The notes under the pieces are model-generated. The model made no database searches. It saw only the letters and a list, made by a program, of their open reading frames with translations, and had not been told where the DNA came from. The position numbers and the translations under genes were made by a program. From assembly GCA_963805085.1 (NCBI GenBank), contig CAWDTA010000005.1:576001-640000 (forward strand): DNA of 64,000 nt, given 5' to 3'. Source of the stretch: an uncultured Veillonellaceae bacterium (lineage in GTDB: Bacteria; Bacillota; Negativicutes; JARBTT01). Below, in pieces: positions 9,998 through 20,591 of this stretch. Positions within the stretch are counted from its first letter, which is position 1. Each line of letters opens with the position of its first letter.

Positions 9998-10744
9998 ATG
10001 GTTAGAATTTCTGTTGAATTAGTACCACGTGATGAAGCAGCAATCAATGAAGAACTACAAGTATTAAAGGATAACTTTGATTGTATTGATGTCATCAACG
10101 TGCCGGAATTATTAAGATATGATGTTCGTAGTTGGGAAGGCGCAAAAATTGCGAAAAAATTCTATGAGAATACAATGCCTCATATTAGAGCCATTGATAT
10201 TAATTTAGATAAACCATTACCAATGGCAAAATTTTTAGTGGAGAATAGCATCAATGAAGTTCTTGTGATCGCTGGTGATCCACCACAAGATATGACGCGA
10301 AAAATATATCCTACAGTAAGTACGGATGTCATTCGTAAATTCCGTGATGAATTGCCACATATTAAAGTTTATGCCGGGATTGATCAATATCGTTGTAGCA
10401 TGCGCCAAGAAGAATATAATATCAGACGCAAAGTTCAAGCTGGTGCTGCTGGATTTTTCACACAGCCATTTTTTGATTTGCGGTATATGGAAATGTATGC
10501 GGATATGCTTGAAGGTAGGGAAGTTTACTGGGGGGTATCACCAGTGATGTCGGAACGTTCTGTAAACTACTGGGAAACTAAGAACAATGTAATTTTTCCA
10601 CGCAATTTTAAACCAATGTTAGAGTGGAATATTGATTTTGCGAGAAAAACAATGGATTTTGTTAAAAAGAATGATGCAAATATTTATCTTATGCCGATAA
10701 AAACTAATTTATTACCATATTTAACAGGGGCATTTCAAAAATAA
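9998..10744 (+). CDS. metF: Methylene-THF reductase family protein (short form)
   Basis: SVELVP, PHIR, AGDPP, GAAGFFTQPFFD motifs; follows fhs. Confidence 0.78.
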   Translation: MVRISVELVPRDEAAINEELQVLKDNFDCIDVINVPELLRYDVRSWEGAKIAKKFYENTMPHIRAIDINLDKPLPMAKFLVENSINEVLVIAGDPPQDMTRKIYPTVSTDVIRKFRDELPHIKVYAGIDQYRCSMRQEEYNIRRKVQAGAAGFFTQPFFDLRYMEMYADMLEGREVYWGVSPVMSERSVNYWETKNNVIFPRNFKPMLEWNIDFARKTMDFVKKNDANIYLMPIKTNLLPYLTGAFQK

Positions 10745-10751
10745 AACAGTT

Positions 10752-10795
10752 AAAAACGCAGTTTGGATGATAGATTCCGACTGCGTTTTTATTTT
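10752..10795 (+). terminator. Intrinsic terminator after metF
   Basis: AAAAACGCAGT...ACTGCGTTTTT stem and U tract. Confidence 0.75.
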
Positions 10796-10939
10796 AAAAT
10801 GTGTAGTTATTTTTATAATTGCAGACAATTTAATAAAATTTATTTATCATCATGTGAAATTTGGTACATTCTGTGATATAATTTATGTAGTGAAACAATA
10901 AAAATGTTTTCGAAATATTTTCTTTAGGAGCGTGAACAA

Positions 10940-11803
10940 ATGTATAAAATTCTTACAAAAAAAGAATTGTCGCAGGGTGTGTTGCTTTTTGAATTAGAAG
11001 CAGCTCGTATTGCGAAGAAAGCTGAGCCAGGTCAGTTTGTTATTGTGCGCACGGATGAAGAAGGAGAAAGAGTACCACTTACTATTGCTGATTTCGATCG
11101 CGTAAAAGGTACGATTACAATTATATTTCAAGAAGTTGGTGCATCAACGAAACAGCTTGGTAGTTTTTGCGAAGGTGATAGCATCTTAGATTTAGTTGGA
11201 CCATTAGGCAAAAAAACGCACATCGAAAAAATGGGTAATGTGATTTGTATTGGTGGAGGTATTGGTGTAGCGCCGATTTATCCGATTGCTCGCGGGATGA
11301 AGCAAGCGGGCAATCATGTGATTTCCATTATGGGTGCGAGAAATAAAGATATTTTGATTTTAGAAGAAGAAATGAATGCTGTGAATGATGAAGTATATAT
11401 CACGACAGATGATGGGTCTAAAGGGCATAAAGGGTTTGTAACCGATCAATTAAAAATGTTAATTGACTCTGGAATGGAAATAAGTACAGTTATTGCGATT
11501 GGCCCTGTTGTTATGATGCGTAGTGTTGCTGAAACGACGCGTCCATATGGGATAAAAACCCTTGTTAGTTTAAATCCAATCATGGTGGATGGCACTGGTA
11601 TGTGTGGTGGCTGTCGGGTACAAGTTGGTGATGAGAGTAAATTTGCTTGTGTAGATGGTCCTGAATTTGATGCTCATCAAGTAGATTTTGCTGGGCTAAT
11701 GTCTCGCCAACGTATGTATAAGACGCAAGAGGCCGCGCATGAATGTCATTGCGCGGATCAAAGCAAAAAGCAAGGAGGCGACTGTCAATGTCAATCTCAT
11801 TGA
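10940..11803 (+). CDS. nfnA: NfnA/SudB-type subunit of electron-bifurcating ferredoxin:NAD(P) oxidoreductase
   Basis: PGQF, GERVPLTIAD, GPLG, MVDGTGMCGGCRV, CVDGPEF. Confidence 0.88.
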   Translation: MYKILTKKELSQGVLLFELEAARIAKKAEPGQFVIVRTDEEGERVPLTIADFDRVKGTITIIFQEVGASTKQLGSFCEGDSILDLVGPLGKKTHIEKMGNVICIGGGIGVAPIYPIARGMKQAGNHVISIMGARNKDILILEEEMNAVNDEVYITTDDGSKGHKGFVTDQLKMLIDSGMEISTVIAIGPVVMMRSVAETTRPYGIKTLVSLNPIMVDGTGMCGGCRVQVGDESKFACVDGPEFDAHQVDFAGLMSRQRMYKTQEAAHECHCADQSKKQGGDCQCQSH

Positions 11804-13191
11804 CCAAACATGCAATGCCAGAACAGGAACCAAAAGTTCGGGCAAGAAATTTTGATGAGGTTACTCTAGGTTATAGTAAAGAAACTGCAATGGCAGAAGC
11901 AGAGCGCTGTCTGAATTGCAAAAAACCATTGTGCCGCCAAGGGTGTCCCGTAGAAATAGATATACCAGCCTTTATTAGTCATGTCAAAGAGGGCAAGTTT
12001 GAAGAGGCATTAACGGAAATAAAAAGTGTGAATAGTTTACCGGCAGTATGCGGACGTGTTTGTCCACAAGAAGAACAATGTGAAAAACATTGTATTTTGG
12101 CAAAACGTGGTGAATCAGTGGCGATTGGTCGGTTAGAACGATTTGTTGCGGATTATTCTATGGGACAAGGGGAAACGATTCAACCGATTGAATACGCTCC
12201 TGATGCCCAGAAGGTAGCGATTATTGGGTCTGGCCCTGCTGGTCTTGCAGCAGCTGGTGATTTGGCGAAATTTGGCTATCAAGTAACGATTTTTGAAGCA
12301 CTTCATACAGCTGGTGGCGTTTTATCTTATGGTATTCCTGAATTTAGGCTTCCTAAAGATAAAATTGTAAAAACTGAAATTGATAATTTGTGTAAAATGG
12401 GTGTGAAAATCGAAGTTAATTCAGTTGTTGGTAAATTGGTTACCATAGATGAATTGATGGAAGAAGAAGGTTTCGATTCTGTATTTATTGCTACTGGTGC
12501 AGGCTTGCCTCATTTCATGAGGATTCCTGGCGAAAACCTAAATGGCGTTTATGCAGCAAATGAATTTTTAACGCGTTGTAATTTAATGAAAGCGTATAAA
12601 TTCCCTAATCATGCAACGCCACTTCATGTTGGTAAAAATGTTGCTGTCGTTGGCGGTGGCAATGTAGCAATGGATGCAGCACGTACAGCACTTCGTTTAG
12701 GTGCAGAGCATGTATATATTGTGTATCGTCGTAGTGAAGCGGAACTACCAGCTCGTTTAGAAGAAGTACATCATGCAAAAGATGAAGGCATTGATTTTAA
12801 GTTATTAAATAATCCAGTCGCTGTTGTTGGCGACGAACAAGGTTGGGTTAAGGGGCTAAAATGTATTCAAATGGAACTTGGTGAGCCTGATTCGTCTGGT
12901 CGTCGTCGTCCAGTAGCAATTGAAGACTCAGAATTTGAACTTGCGGTGGATACGGTTGTTATTGCAATTGGTCAGGGACCAAATCCATTGGTGCAATCAA
13001 CAACGCCTGGTCTTGAGACCAACAAACACGGCAATATTATTGCCGATGAAGAAACTGGTGCAACGAGCAAACCAGGTGTATTTGCTGGTGGTGATATTGT
13101 AACAGGCGCTGCAACAGTTATTCTTGCAATGGGAGCAGGTAAAAAAGCTGCAGTTGCGATTGATCAATATTTAAAAGAAAAACGTGCGTAA
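11788..13191 (+). CDS. nfnB: NfnB/SudA (GltD-like) subunit
   Basis: CLNC..PLC..GCP, CGRVCPQEEQCE, GSGPAG, GGGNVAMD; overlaps nfnA; no gltB nearby. Confidence 0.88.
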   Translation: MSISLTKHAMPEQEPKVRARNFDEVTLGYSKETAMAEAERCLNCKKPLCRQGCPVEIDIPAFISHVKEGKFEEALTEIKSVNSLPAVCGRVCPQEEQCEKHCILAKRGESVAIGRLERFVADYSMGQGETIQPIEYAPDAQKVAIIGSGPAGLAAAGDLAKFGYQVTIFEALHTAGGVLSYGIPEFRLPKDKIVKTEIDNLCKMGVKIEVNSVVGKLVTIDELMEEEGFDSVFIATGAGLPHFMRIPGENLNGVYAANEFLTRCNLMKAYKFPNHATPLHVGKNVAVVGGGNVAMDAARTALRLGAEHVYIVYRRSEAELPARLEEVHHAKDEGIDFKLLNNPVAVVGDEQGWVKGLKCIQMELGEPDSSGRRRPVAIEDSEFELAVDTVVIAIGQGPNPLVQSTTPGLETNKHGNIIADEETGATSKPGVFAGGDIVTGAATVILAMGAGKKAAVAIDQYLKEKRA

Positions 13192-13210
13192 TAGATTAAA
13201 TAGAAATTTG

Positions 13211-13247
13211 GAGGCTATTGCAGAAGAAAAATGTAATAGCCTCTTTT
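13211..13247 (+). terminator. Terminator after nfnB
   Basis: GAGGCTATTGCA/TGTAATAGCCTC stem plus TTTT. Confidence 0.7.
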
Positions 13248-13351
13248 CTATGATTTTATTAGATTATAAAATTTTATTGCGACACTATCGCTTATGGGTT
13301 ACAATAATTTAGGTATAAGTGATGTAAGTTATATAGAAAGGTAATACAGTT

Positions 13352-13909
13352 ATGAATTTTGTTGCAATAGATTTTGAAACGGCAAACAGTAAGCGAAATA
13401 GTGCTTGTAGTGTTGCTGTTGTTGAAGTGAAAGATGGAAAAATATTTGACTCTTATTATGCCTTGATTAAGCCACCGCGCATGGAGTTTAATTATACGAA
13501 TATTCAAATCCATGGGATTACGCCAAATGATGTCCGTGATAAGCCAACCTTTGCGGGGATTTGGCGGGAATTAAAGCCTTGTTTGGACAATAAAATAGTG
13601 ATTGCGCATAATGCGAGTTTTGATATGAGTGTGTTAAAAGGTTGTATCAATGAGTATCAGCTAGAACCACCGAAGTTCCAACATTTTTGTACGGTAAGTA
13701 TCGCGAGAAAGGTTTGGCCGCAGCTCGAAGACCATAAACTAGGCACGCTTGGTCAGTACTTTAACATTGATTTTAACCATCACAATGCATTGGATGATGC
13801 AAGGACTTGTGCAGCGATTGCGTTGTTGGCGGGAAAAGAATTGAGGGTAACTAATTTTACACAACTAGCGCATAAAATTGAATTACCCATTAAAAATTTC
13901 AAGCTGTAA
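13352..13909 (+). CDS. DEDDh 3'-5' exonuclease (DnaQ-like)
   Basis: AIDFETAN, AHNASFD, HHNALDDA. Confidence 0.9.
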   Translation: MNFVAIDFETANSKRNSACSVAVVEVKDGKIFDSYYALIKPPRMEFNYTNIQIHGITPNDVRDKPTFAGIWRELKPCLDNKIVIAHNASFDMSVLKGCINEYQLEPPKFQHFCTVSIARKVWPQLEDHKLGTLGQYFNIDFNHHNALDDARTCAAIALLAGKELRVTNFTQLAHKIELPIKNFKL

Positions 13910-13922
13910 GTGGGGGCTTCAC

Positions 13923-14432
13923 ATGATTTTAGTTAGTGCCTGTTTATTAGCCCATAAGGTAAGGTATAACGGAGGCGCAGATGCGCATGATCTTTTAATG
14001 AAATATAATGAAAAGGGAAATTTAATTGCCATTTGCCCAGAGTGTTTGGGAAAACTCCCAATTCCGCGTCCACCTGCGGAAATTATCAATGGAAGTGGCC
14101 AAGAGGTTTTGACTGGAACTGCAAAAATAATGAACAAACTTGCCGATGATGTGACAATGAACTTTGTTGCTGGGGCGGAAATATTGTTGACAATTGCTGT
14201 GCAATATGGTGTTAAAGCTGCTATTTTAAAAGAGCGCAGTCCCTCTTGTGGTGTTCACCAAATCTATGATGGTACTTTTAGTGGTACGAAAATAGTAGGA
14301 CAAGGCGTAGCCGCAGCGCTACTTAGTCAGCGTGGAATCAAGCTGTATTCAGAAGAAGACATTACCGAACAAATGCTAAAAGACCTCGGTGCAGATGAAA
14401 CGAACGATAGACAAAAGTATTTGACATTATAG
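13923..14432 (+). CDS. DUF523 / 2-thiouracil desulfurase-like Fe-S protein
   Basis: VSACL, RYNG, CPE, PIPR, LKERSPSCG. Confidence 0.85.
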   Translation: MILVSACLLAHKVRYNGGADAHDLLMKYNEKGNLIAICPECLGKLPIPRPPAEIINGSGQEVLTGTAKIMNKLADDVTMNFVAGAEILLTIAVQYGVKAAILKERSPSCGVHQIYDGTFSGTKIVGQGVAAALLSQRGIKLYSEEDITEQMLKDLGADETNDRQKYLTL

Positions 14433-14449
14433 AACCCTTATGATAGTAT
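14421..14449 (+). promoter_or_regulatory. Sigma-A promoter for tRNA-Leu
   Basis: TTGACA-17nt-TAGTAT with TG extension; -35 lies in the last codons of the DUF523 gene. Confidence 0.7.
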
Positions 14450-14481
14450 ATAAAAGTCGATTGACGGTAACGTTGTCACAT

Positions 14482-14564
14482 GCGGGTGTGGCGGAATTGG
14501 CAGACGCACCAGACTTAGGATCTGGCGGGTAACCGTGGGGGTTCAAGTCCCTTCACCCGCACCA
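14482..14564 (+). tRNA. tRNA-Leu(TAG)
   Basis: GCGGGTG acceptor, CCAGA-CTTAGGA-TCTGG anticodon arm, long variable arm, GTTCAAGTC, 3' CCA. Confidence 0.96.
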
Positions 14565-14577
14565 TTTGAAATTTATG

Positions 14578-14605
14578 ACCTCTGTGAGAAATCACAGAGG
14601 TTTTT
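14578..14605 (+). terminator. Terminator after tRNA-Leu
   Basis: ACCTCTGTGA-GAAA-TCACAGAGGT followed by T run. Confidence 0.85.
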
Positions 14606-14641
14606 GTATATTATCAGATCGTTACAAAAGGAGGTTTACGA

Positions 14642-14806
14642 ATGAGTGAGGCTAAAAATAGTTCAGACACTAGAAAAAAGATACAACAACAAATATCCTT
14701 ATTAAGGCAGCAATTGAATCATGACAATAATGATTTAGAATTTGAAACGCATTTGCATATGATTAGAGATCTTGAAAGTTTGTTAAAAACAAAATCACGA
14801 GCTTAG
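14642..14806 (+). CDS. Small hypothetical protein (54 aa), not in ORF track
   Basis: AAGGAGGT RBS before ATG; MSEAKNSSDTRKKIQQQISLLRQQLNHDNNDLEFETHLHMIRDLESLLKTKSRA. Confidence 0.6.
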   Translation: MSEAKNSSDTRKKIQQQISLLRQQLNHDNNDLEFETHLHMIRDLESLLKTKSRA

Positions 14807-14902
14807 GATCCTTGCTGTGATGGAACTGTTATGCAACTCATTTTTAAGACCACTATTGACAAGTAGGTATAAAAAGCTGTATATTATTTTATATATTTAA
14901 AA

Positions 14903-15150
14903 ACGATGAAGAGAAGAGTACGTTAATATTTGACTGTTTAGAGAGGAAGCCCTTGGCTGAAAGGTTTCTCGGTGAATATAACGGAAGGTAGCCTCGGAGT
15001 TATTATGCTGAACGCTAAAGTAGGCATAATCGCAAGCGCAGCGTTATTGCGGTCGAGTTTTGCAAATACTTGTGATTTGCGAAAGAAGTTAAGGTGGTAT
15101 CACGAAAGTTAGCTCTTTCGTCCTTTTTAGGACGGGGGAGTTTTTTTATT
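14903..15150 (+). promoter_or_regulatory. T-box riboswitch (Val) upstream of valS
   Basis: AGTA, AGAGAGG and GGCTGAAA stem I motifs; GTA specifier 14988-14990; AAGGTGGTATCACG 15091-15104; terminator with U tract; promoter TTGACA 14856 / TATATT 14880. Confidence 0.9.
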
Positions 15151-15180
15151 TCTGATTTAAATTTGGAGGCATTGGTGTAA

Positions 15181-17835
15181 ATGAAAGAAAAAAATATTCC
15201 GACTGTGTATGATCCACAGTCATTTGAAAAGAAATGGTATGCTTTTTGGGAAGAAAATAAGTTATTTCATGCGGAAGTGGAAGTGGATAAACAACCGTTC
15301 AGTATCGTTATACCACCACCAAATGTAACTGGTCAGCTGCACATGGGGCATGCGCTTGATAACACGTTGCAAGATATTCAAATTCGTTGGCGTAGAATGC
15401 AAGGCTACAATACATTATGGATGCCAGGTTCTGACCATGCTGGTATTGCAACGCAGATTAAAGTTGAAGAAATGCTAGCAAAGGAACAAGGCATATCTCG
15501 TTACGACTTAGGACGCGAGAAATTCATTGAGAAAGTTTGGGAATGGAAACATCAATATGGTAGTAAAATTACGAAGCAATTGAGAAGTTTGGGTGCTTCT
15601 TGTGATTGGGAGCGGGAACGTTTTACTATGGATGAAGGTTGCTCAAAAGCGGTTCGTGAAGTTTTTGTTAGCCTTTATGAAAAAGATTTAATTTATCAAG
15701 GGTATCGCATTACAAACTGGTGTCCTCGTTGTAATACAGCGCTCAGTGATATCGAAGTAGAGCATGAAGACAGTGAAGGTCATTTATATCACCTTCGTTA
15801 TCAAATAGAAGGAACGGACAAATATGTTGAAATCGCGACAACGCGTCCAGAAACTATGCTGGGTGATAGTGGGGTTGCAGTACATCCGACAGATGAACGT
15901 TATACAAAATTAATCGGTAAAAACTTAATTTTACCGATTTTGAATAGAAAAATTCCAATCTTTGCTGATGAATATGTGGATCCTAGCTTTGGTACTGGGG
16001 CTGTAAAAGTAACACCAGCGCATGATCCAAATGACTTTGAAATGGGTCAACGTCATAATTTAGAACAAATCATCGTATTAAATAATGATGCCACCATGGC
16101 AGATAATACTGGTAAATATAAAGGTATGGATCGTTATGAATGTCGTAAACAAATTATTGCGGACTTAAAAGAGTTGGGCAATTTAGTGAAAATTGTTGAC
16201 CACGCACATGCCGTTGGTCATTGCCAACGTTGTCATACTACAGTGGAGCCAATGGTGTCAAAACAATGGTTCGTGAAAATGGGATCACTGGCAGCGCCAG
16301 CAATGGATGCTGTTACTTCGGGGAAAATTAAATTTGTTCCAGAACGTTTTACTAAAATTTATATCAATTGGCTAGAAAACATTCGTGATTGGTGTATTTC
16401 TCGTCAAATTTGGTGGGGGCATCGCATCCCAGCTTGGTACTGTGATGAATGTGGTGAAACCGTGGTATCACGTGATGATTTGCATAGTTGTCCAAAATGT
16501 GGAAAAACTATGCATCAAGATGAAGATGTTCTTGATACTTGGTTTAGTTCAGGGTTATGGCCGTTTTCGACGATGGGGTGGCCGGATGAAACAGCAGAAT
16601 TAAAACAATTCTATCCGACAAGTGTGCTTGTAACCGGATATGATATTATTTTCTTCTGGGTAGCTAGAATGATTATGATGGGCTTAGAATTTGGCAAAGA
16701 GATTCCGTTTAAACATGTCTTTATTCATGGACTTGTTCGCGATTCCCAGGGGCGTAAAATGAGTAAATCACTCGGTAATGGCATCGATCCATTAGAAGTA
16801 ATCGAGAAATATGGTGCAGATACACTTCGCTTCATGCTAATCACTGGAAATACTCCGGGAAACGATATGCGATTTTATTGGGAGCGTGTAGAAGCTGCGC
16901 GTAATTTTGCCAATAAATTATGGAATGCTTCACGGTTTGTGTTGATGAATTTAAAAGGTTTTGATAAAAATTTTAAACCAAACCAAGCAGAGTATACATT
17001 AGCTGATCAGTGGATTCTTAGTCGTTATGCTAAAACAGTAGCAGAAGTAACGAATAATTTAGAAAAATTTGAACTTGGTGAAGCTGGCCGCGCTCTTTAT
17101 GATTTCATCTGGAATGAATTCTGTGACTGGTATATCGAAATGGCAAAAGCTCGGCTATATAATGAAGAAGCGGTCAAAGAACGGCAAACAGCACAATATG
17201 TACTTTGCTATGTACTTGAACATACGTTAAAATTATTACATCCATTCATGCCTTACATTACGGAAGAAATTTGGCAACATATTCCCCATGAAGGTCAGAG
17301 TATTATGGTGGCTGCTTGGCCGACAGATGAAGCTGCTAAAATAGACGTAAAAGTAGAACAAGATATGACGATGATTATGGAAGTCATTAAAGAGATTCGC
17401 AATATGCGCGCCGAAGTCAATGTTGCACCTGGTAAGAAAAGCGAAGTGATTCTTCAATTTGCTTCCCATGAACTTCAAGCGGTTTTACAAGTGAATACTG
17501 GCTATTTAAAGGTATTAGCAGCCGCCGACCCAATTACTATTCTTGGTCCAGTTGAAGGTAAACCAGAAAATGCGATGGCTGCTGTAGTTAATGGCGTGGA
17601 AATTTACTTGCCATTAAAGGGATTAATTGATGTAGAAAAAGAAACAGCACGACTTAATAAGGAAATGACTACATTGGATAAAGAATTACAACGTGTTGGT
17701 GGAAAATTGGCGAATGTTGGGTTTGTTGCCAAGGCACCCGCTGATGTTATTGAAAAAGAAAAAGAAAAACAAAAAGGCTTTGAAGAAAAGCGTACTGCGA
17801 TTAATGAACGACTAGCATATTTGGCTAGTTTATAA
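15181..17835 (+). CDS. valS: Valine-tRNA ligase
   Basis: [32 protein letters not shown]-terminal coiled coil. Confidence 0.98.
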   Translation: MKEKNIPTVYDPQSFEKKWYAFWEENKLFHAEVEVDKQPFSIVIPPPNVTGQLHMGHALDNTLQDIQIRWRRMQGYNTLWMPGSDHAGIATQIKVEEMLAKEQGISRYDLGREKFIEKVWEWKHQYGSKITKQLRSLGASCDWERERFTMDEGCSKAVREVFVSLYEKDLIYQGYRITNWCPRCNTALSDIEVEHEDSEGHLYHLRYQIEGTDKYVEIATTRPETMLGDSGVAVHPTDERYTKLIGKNLILPILNRKIPIFADEYVDPSFGTGAVKVTPAHDPNDFEMGQRHNLEQIIVLNNDATMADNTGKYKGMDRYECRKQIIADLKELGNLVKIVDHAHAVGHCQRCHTTVEPMVSKQWFVKMGSLAAPAMDAVTSGKIKFVPERFTKIYINWLENIRDWCISRQIWWGHRIPAWYCDECGETVVSRDDLHSCPKCGKTMHQDEDVLDTWFSSGLWPFSTMGWPDETAELKQFYPTSVLVTGYDIIFFWVARMIMMGLEFGKEIPFKHVFIHGLVRDSQGRKMSKSLGNGIDPLEVIEKYGADTLRFMLITGNTPGNDMRFYWERVEAARNFANKLWNASRFVLMNLKGFDKNFKPNQAEYTLADQWILSRYAKTVAEVTNNLEKFELGEAGRALYDFIWNEFCDWYIEMAKARLYNEEAVKERQTAQYVLCYVLEHTLKLLHPFMPYITEEIWQHIPHEGQSIMVAAWPTDEAAKIDVKVEQDMTMIMEVIKEIRNMRAEVNVAPGKKSEVILQFASHELQAVLQVNTGYLKVLAAADPITILGPVEGKPENAMAAVVNGVEIYLPLKGLIDVEKETARLNKEMTTLDKELQRVGGKLANVGFVAKAPADVIEKEKEKQKGFEEKRTAINERLAYLASL

Positions 17836-17849
17836 AAGGAATTGATAAA

Positions 17850-19139
17850 ATGACTTATCAAGAATCATTAACGTATCTAGATCGATTGAACCAATTTGGG
17901 ATCAAGCTTGGCTTGGTACGTATTACCCATTTGCTGAAGTTGATGGACAATCCGCAACATAAGTATAAAACTATTCATGTGACTGGTACGAATGGAAAAG
18001 GATCTACGACCATTATGCTTGCAGCGATTCTAAATAATGCCAAGATTAAAACGGGGATGTACACATCCCCGCATCTTGAATCTTATACGGAACGTATGCA
18101 GGTCAATGGAAAAAATATCACTGAACAAGATTTTGCTGATTGCATTGCATATGTAAGTATGTTTGTAAGGCAAATGATTGAGGAAGGCGAAGAAAATCCA
18201 ACCCAGTTTGAAGTCATTACGGCTGCTGCATTTTACTATTTCGCTAAAGTGGAAGTGGAATATGCAGTGATTGAAGTTGGTTTGGGTGGTTTGTTAGACT
18301 CGACAAATGTGATTATACCGGAAGTTTCGGTGATTACGAATGTAACATTTGAACATGCCGACCGTTGTGGAGGAACACTTGCTGGTATTGCTGAGCATAA
18401 AGCAGGGATTATTAAAGACGGAGTTCCCGTGATTACTGCAGCCAAAGATGAAGCCTTAACGATTATTAAAAAAGTTGCTGAACAAAAAAGTGCGGATGTT
18501 TTTGTTGCTGGTGAAGATTTTGAAAGCATGTTCAAAAATATGGAAGGTCATAAGCAAAATATCACATTTTCGGCTGATGTGATGGGAGTAGCAATGATCT
18601 ATGTGCTTAATCTATTAGGTAAGCATCAAGTTGAAAATAGTTCTGTCGCCATTATGACAGCGCTTGTTCTTGCCAATAGTGAAAAACGCATTACTAGTGA
18701 GGCAATTCATAATGCGTTACTTACCGTTTGTTGGCCGGGACGTTTTGAAATGGTTTATGAGGAAGAGCGGTTAATCGTACTTGATGGTGCACATAATCTT
18801 GCTGGTGCTACTGTTTTACGAACCAATTTAGATCAATATTTTGCTGGTAAGGAGCTTGTGTTTTTACTGGGAATATTAAAAGATAAGGATATTGAGGGAA
18901 TATTAAATTCGCTCGTGAAACCAGAAAATGTAGTAGTTGTAACCGAGCCAGATTCGCAGAGAGCTGCAGACCCTACTTTTATTGCCAGTAAAGTAATCGC
19001 AAAGCAAGTAGAAGTGGCTCAGTCTATTGAAAGTGGTCTGAAGATTGCAAAAGAGTTAGCTGGATCAGATAAGGTTTTATGCATTGCAGGATCGTTATAT
19101 TTGATTGGTACAGTGAGAAATTTAATTTTAAAAGGATAA
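17850..19139 (+). CDS. folC: Folylpolyglutamate synthase/dihydrofolate synthase
   Basis: VTGTNGKGST, YTSPHL, EVGLGG.LDSTN, DGAHN. Confidence 0.95.
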   Translation: MTYQESLTYLDRLNQFGIKLGLVRITHLLKLMDNPQHKYKTIHVTGTNGKGSTTIMLAAILNNAKIKTGMYTSPHLESYTERMQVNGKNITEQDFADCIAYVSMFVRQMIEEGEENPTQFEVITAAAFYYFAKVEVEYAVIEVGLGGLLDSTNVIIPEVSVITNVTFEHADRCGGTLAGIAEHKAGIIKDGVPVITAAKDEALTIIKKVAEQKSADVFVAGEDFESMFKNMEGHKQNITFSADVMGVAMIYVLNLLGKHQVENSSVAIMTALVLANSEKRITSEAIHNALLTVCWPGRFEMVYEEERLIVLDGAHNLAGATVLRTNLDQYFAGKELVFLLGILKDKDIEGILNSLVKPENVVVVTEPDSQRAADPTFIASKVIAKQVEVAQSIESGLKIAKELAGSDKVLCIAGSLYLIGTVRNLILKG

Positions 19140-19227
19140 CGAGGAGGTCAGTAAATTTGGGAAAGTCTAAGTTTACTGATTTCTTCTATAAAAAAATATC
19201 GAAAGAGTAAATGAATTAGGTGAAATT

Positions 19228-20457
19228 GTGAGAAAAGTTAAGGAGCATAATCGTTGGCCGATGAGTTTGGACGTTGTTATTGAATATTCTATTCTAGCCG
19301 TTGCTTTTTTCTTGGCATTGTCTCCAACTTGGACAACTGTATTTTTAGTCATTGGATCGTTTGCCTGGCTAATCAAACTAGTAAAAAGTAGGGGAAGGTG
19401 TTTTCGACGTACACCTTTCGATAAAATAATTGCTTGTTTTGTTACGTTATCGGCGTTGTCTATTTTTGCTTCGCCAGATATGGGGTTTAGTTTCTATAAT
19501 TTTTACAATTTAATGGGTAGGTATATTTTTATCTATTATTTAGTTGTGCAAAACATTTCTACGAAAAATCAGTTAAAATGTTTACTTTCTGTGCTGCTCG
19601 CTTCATCGCTGGTGGTAGTAGCGTATGGTTTTTATCAATATATCTACGGCATTGATGTGACAAGTATGTTATGGGTGGATGGTGAACAATTTCCCGAACT
19701 AAAGACGAGGGTGTTTTCTACGATGCAAAACCCAAACATTTTAGCAGGTTATTTGATCGTGATGATGTCTTTGGTCTTTGGAATGATTTGTAAAATTAAT
19801 GCTAAGAAGGCAAAGTTTTTACTTGGTATTTGTTTTGTTTTAATGGGACTTTGCTTAGGGATGACGTATTGCCGTGGTGCTTGGATTAGTCTAGTCACTG
19901 TGATTGCAGCTTATGGTTTGTTTCACAATCGTAAGATTTTGTTTGGGCTTGCTCTAGTTTGTGTATTGGTATTGGCCTTTGATGCGAGTATTGCCGAACG
20001 ATTAGTCTCTGTAGTTAATATAAGTGATACTTCTTCCAATATGAGATTTGCCTTATGGGAAAGTACTATTGCTATGATTAGCGAGCATCCTTTATTTGGG
20101 ATCGGTTGGGGCTCCTATTGGATGGTTTATCCTGAATATGATTTTTTTATTCAAAATGATGCAGTTAAAATTGTTCATGCACATAATATGTATTTAAATT
20201 TTGCTGCGGAAATTGGCATTGCAGGCTTTCTTAGCTTTATGGCTTGTATGATAGGCCATTTGCATATGGCCTTATCCAATACGCATTTAAAAAAATCAAA
20301 TTTACTGAATGGATTGACTCTGGGGGCAGGATTATCGATTGTTTGTGTTGCAATTAATGGATTTACAGACTATGTTTTATTTAATATTGAGTTGTCAATG
20401 TTGTTTTGGTTATTGAATGCCTGTATTGTTGTTGTTTGCAAAAAGGAGTTGCAATGA
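19228..20457 (+). CDS. O-antigen ligase/Wzy_C family membrane protein
   Basis: Many TM segments; NPNILAGY, TYCRGAW, HPLFGIGWG, HAHNMYL. Confidence 0.82.
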   Translation: MRKVKEHNRWPMSLDVVIEYSILAVAFFLALSPTWTTVFLVIGSFAWLIKLVKSRGRCFRRTPFDKIIACFVTLSALSIFASPDMGFSFYNFYNLMGRYIFIYYLVVQNISTKNQLKCLLSVLLASSLVVVAYGFYQYIYGIDVTSMLWVDGEQFPELKTRVFSTMQNPNILAGYLIVMMSLVFGMICKINAKKAKFLLGICFVLMGLCLGMTYCRGAWISLVTVIAAYGLFHNRKILFGLALVCVLVLAFDASIAERLVSVVNISDTSSNMRFALWESTIAMISEHPLFGIGWGSYWMVYPEYDFFIQNDAVKIVHAHNMYLNFAAEIGIAGFLSFMACMIGHLHMALSNTHLKKSNLLNGLTLGAGLSIVCVAINGFTDYVLFNIELSMLFWLLNACIVVVCKKELQ

Positions 20458-20591
20458 TTTCTTTATAGAGATAAAAAGGCTAATATTAGACTTAATGATA
20501 GAGGAATTTTGTGGTTTTATTCGAATATGTCTATAAATAGATAAAGTATACAGTATTTTTGGAAGTAAGATTTTGGAAAGGGGATTTGCAA

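Noticed and set aside
11788-13191. Glutamate synthase small subunit
   Set aside because: Paired with an NfnA-type gene and no large subunit nearby.
14482-14900. Integrated element at tRNA-Leu (also checked at tRNA-Met)
   Set aside because: No duplicated tRNA 3' end or integrase seen; the terminator follows directly.
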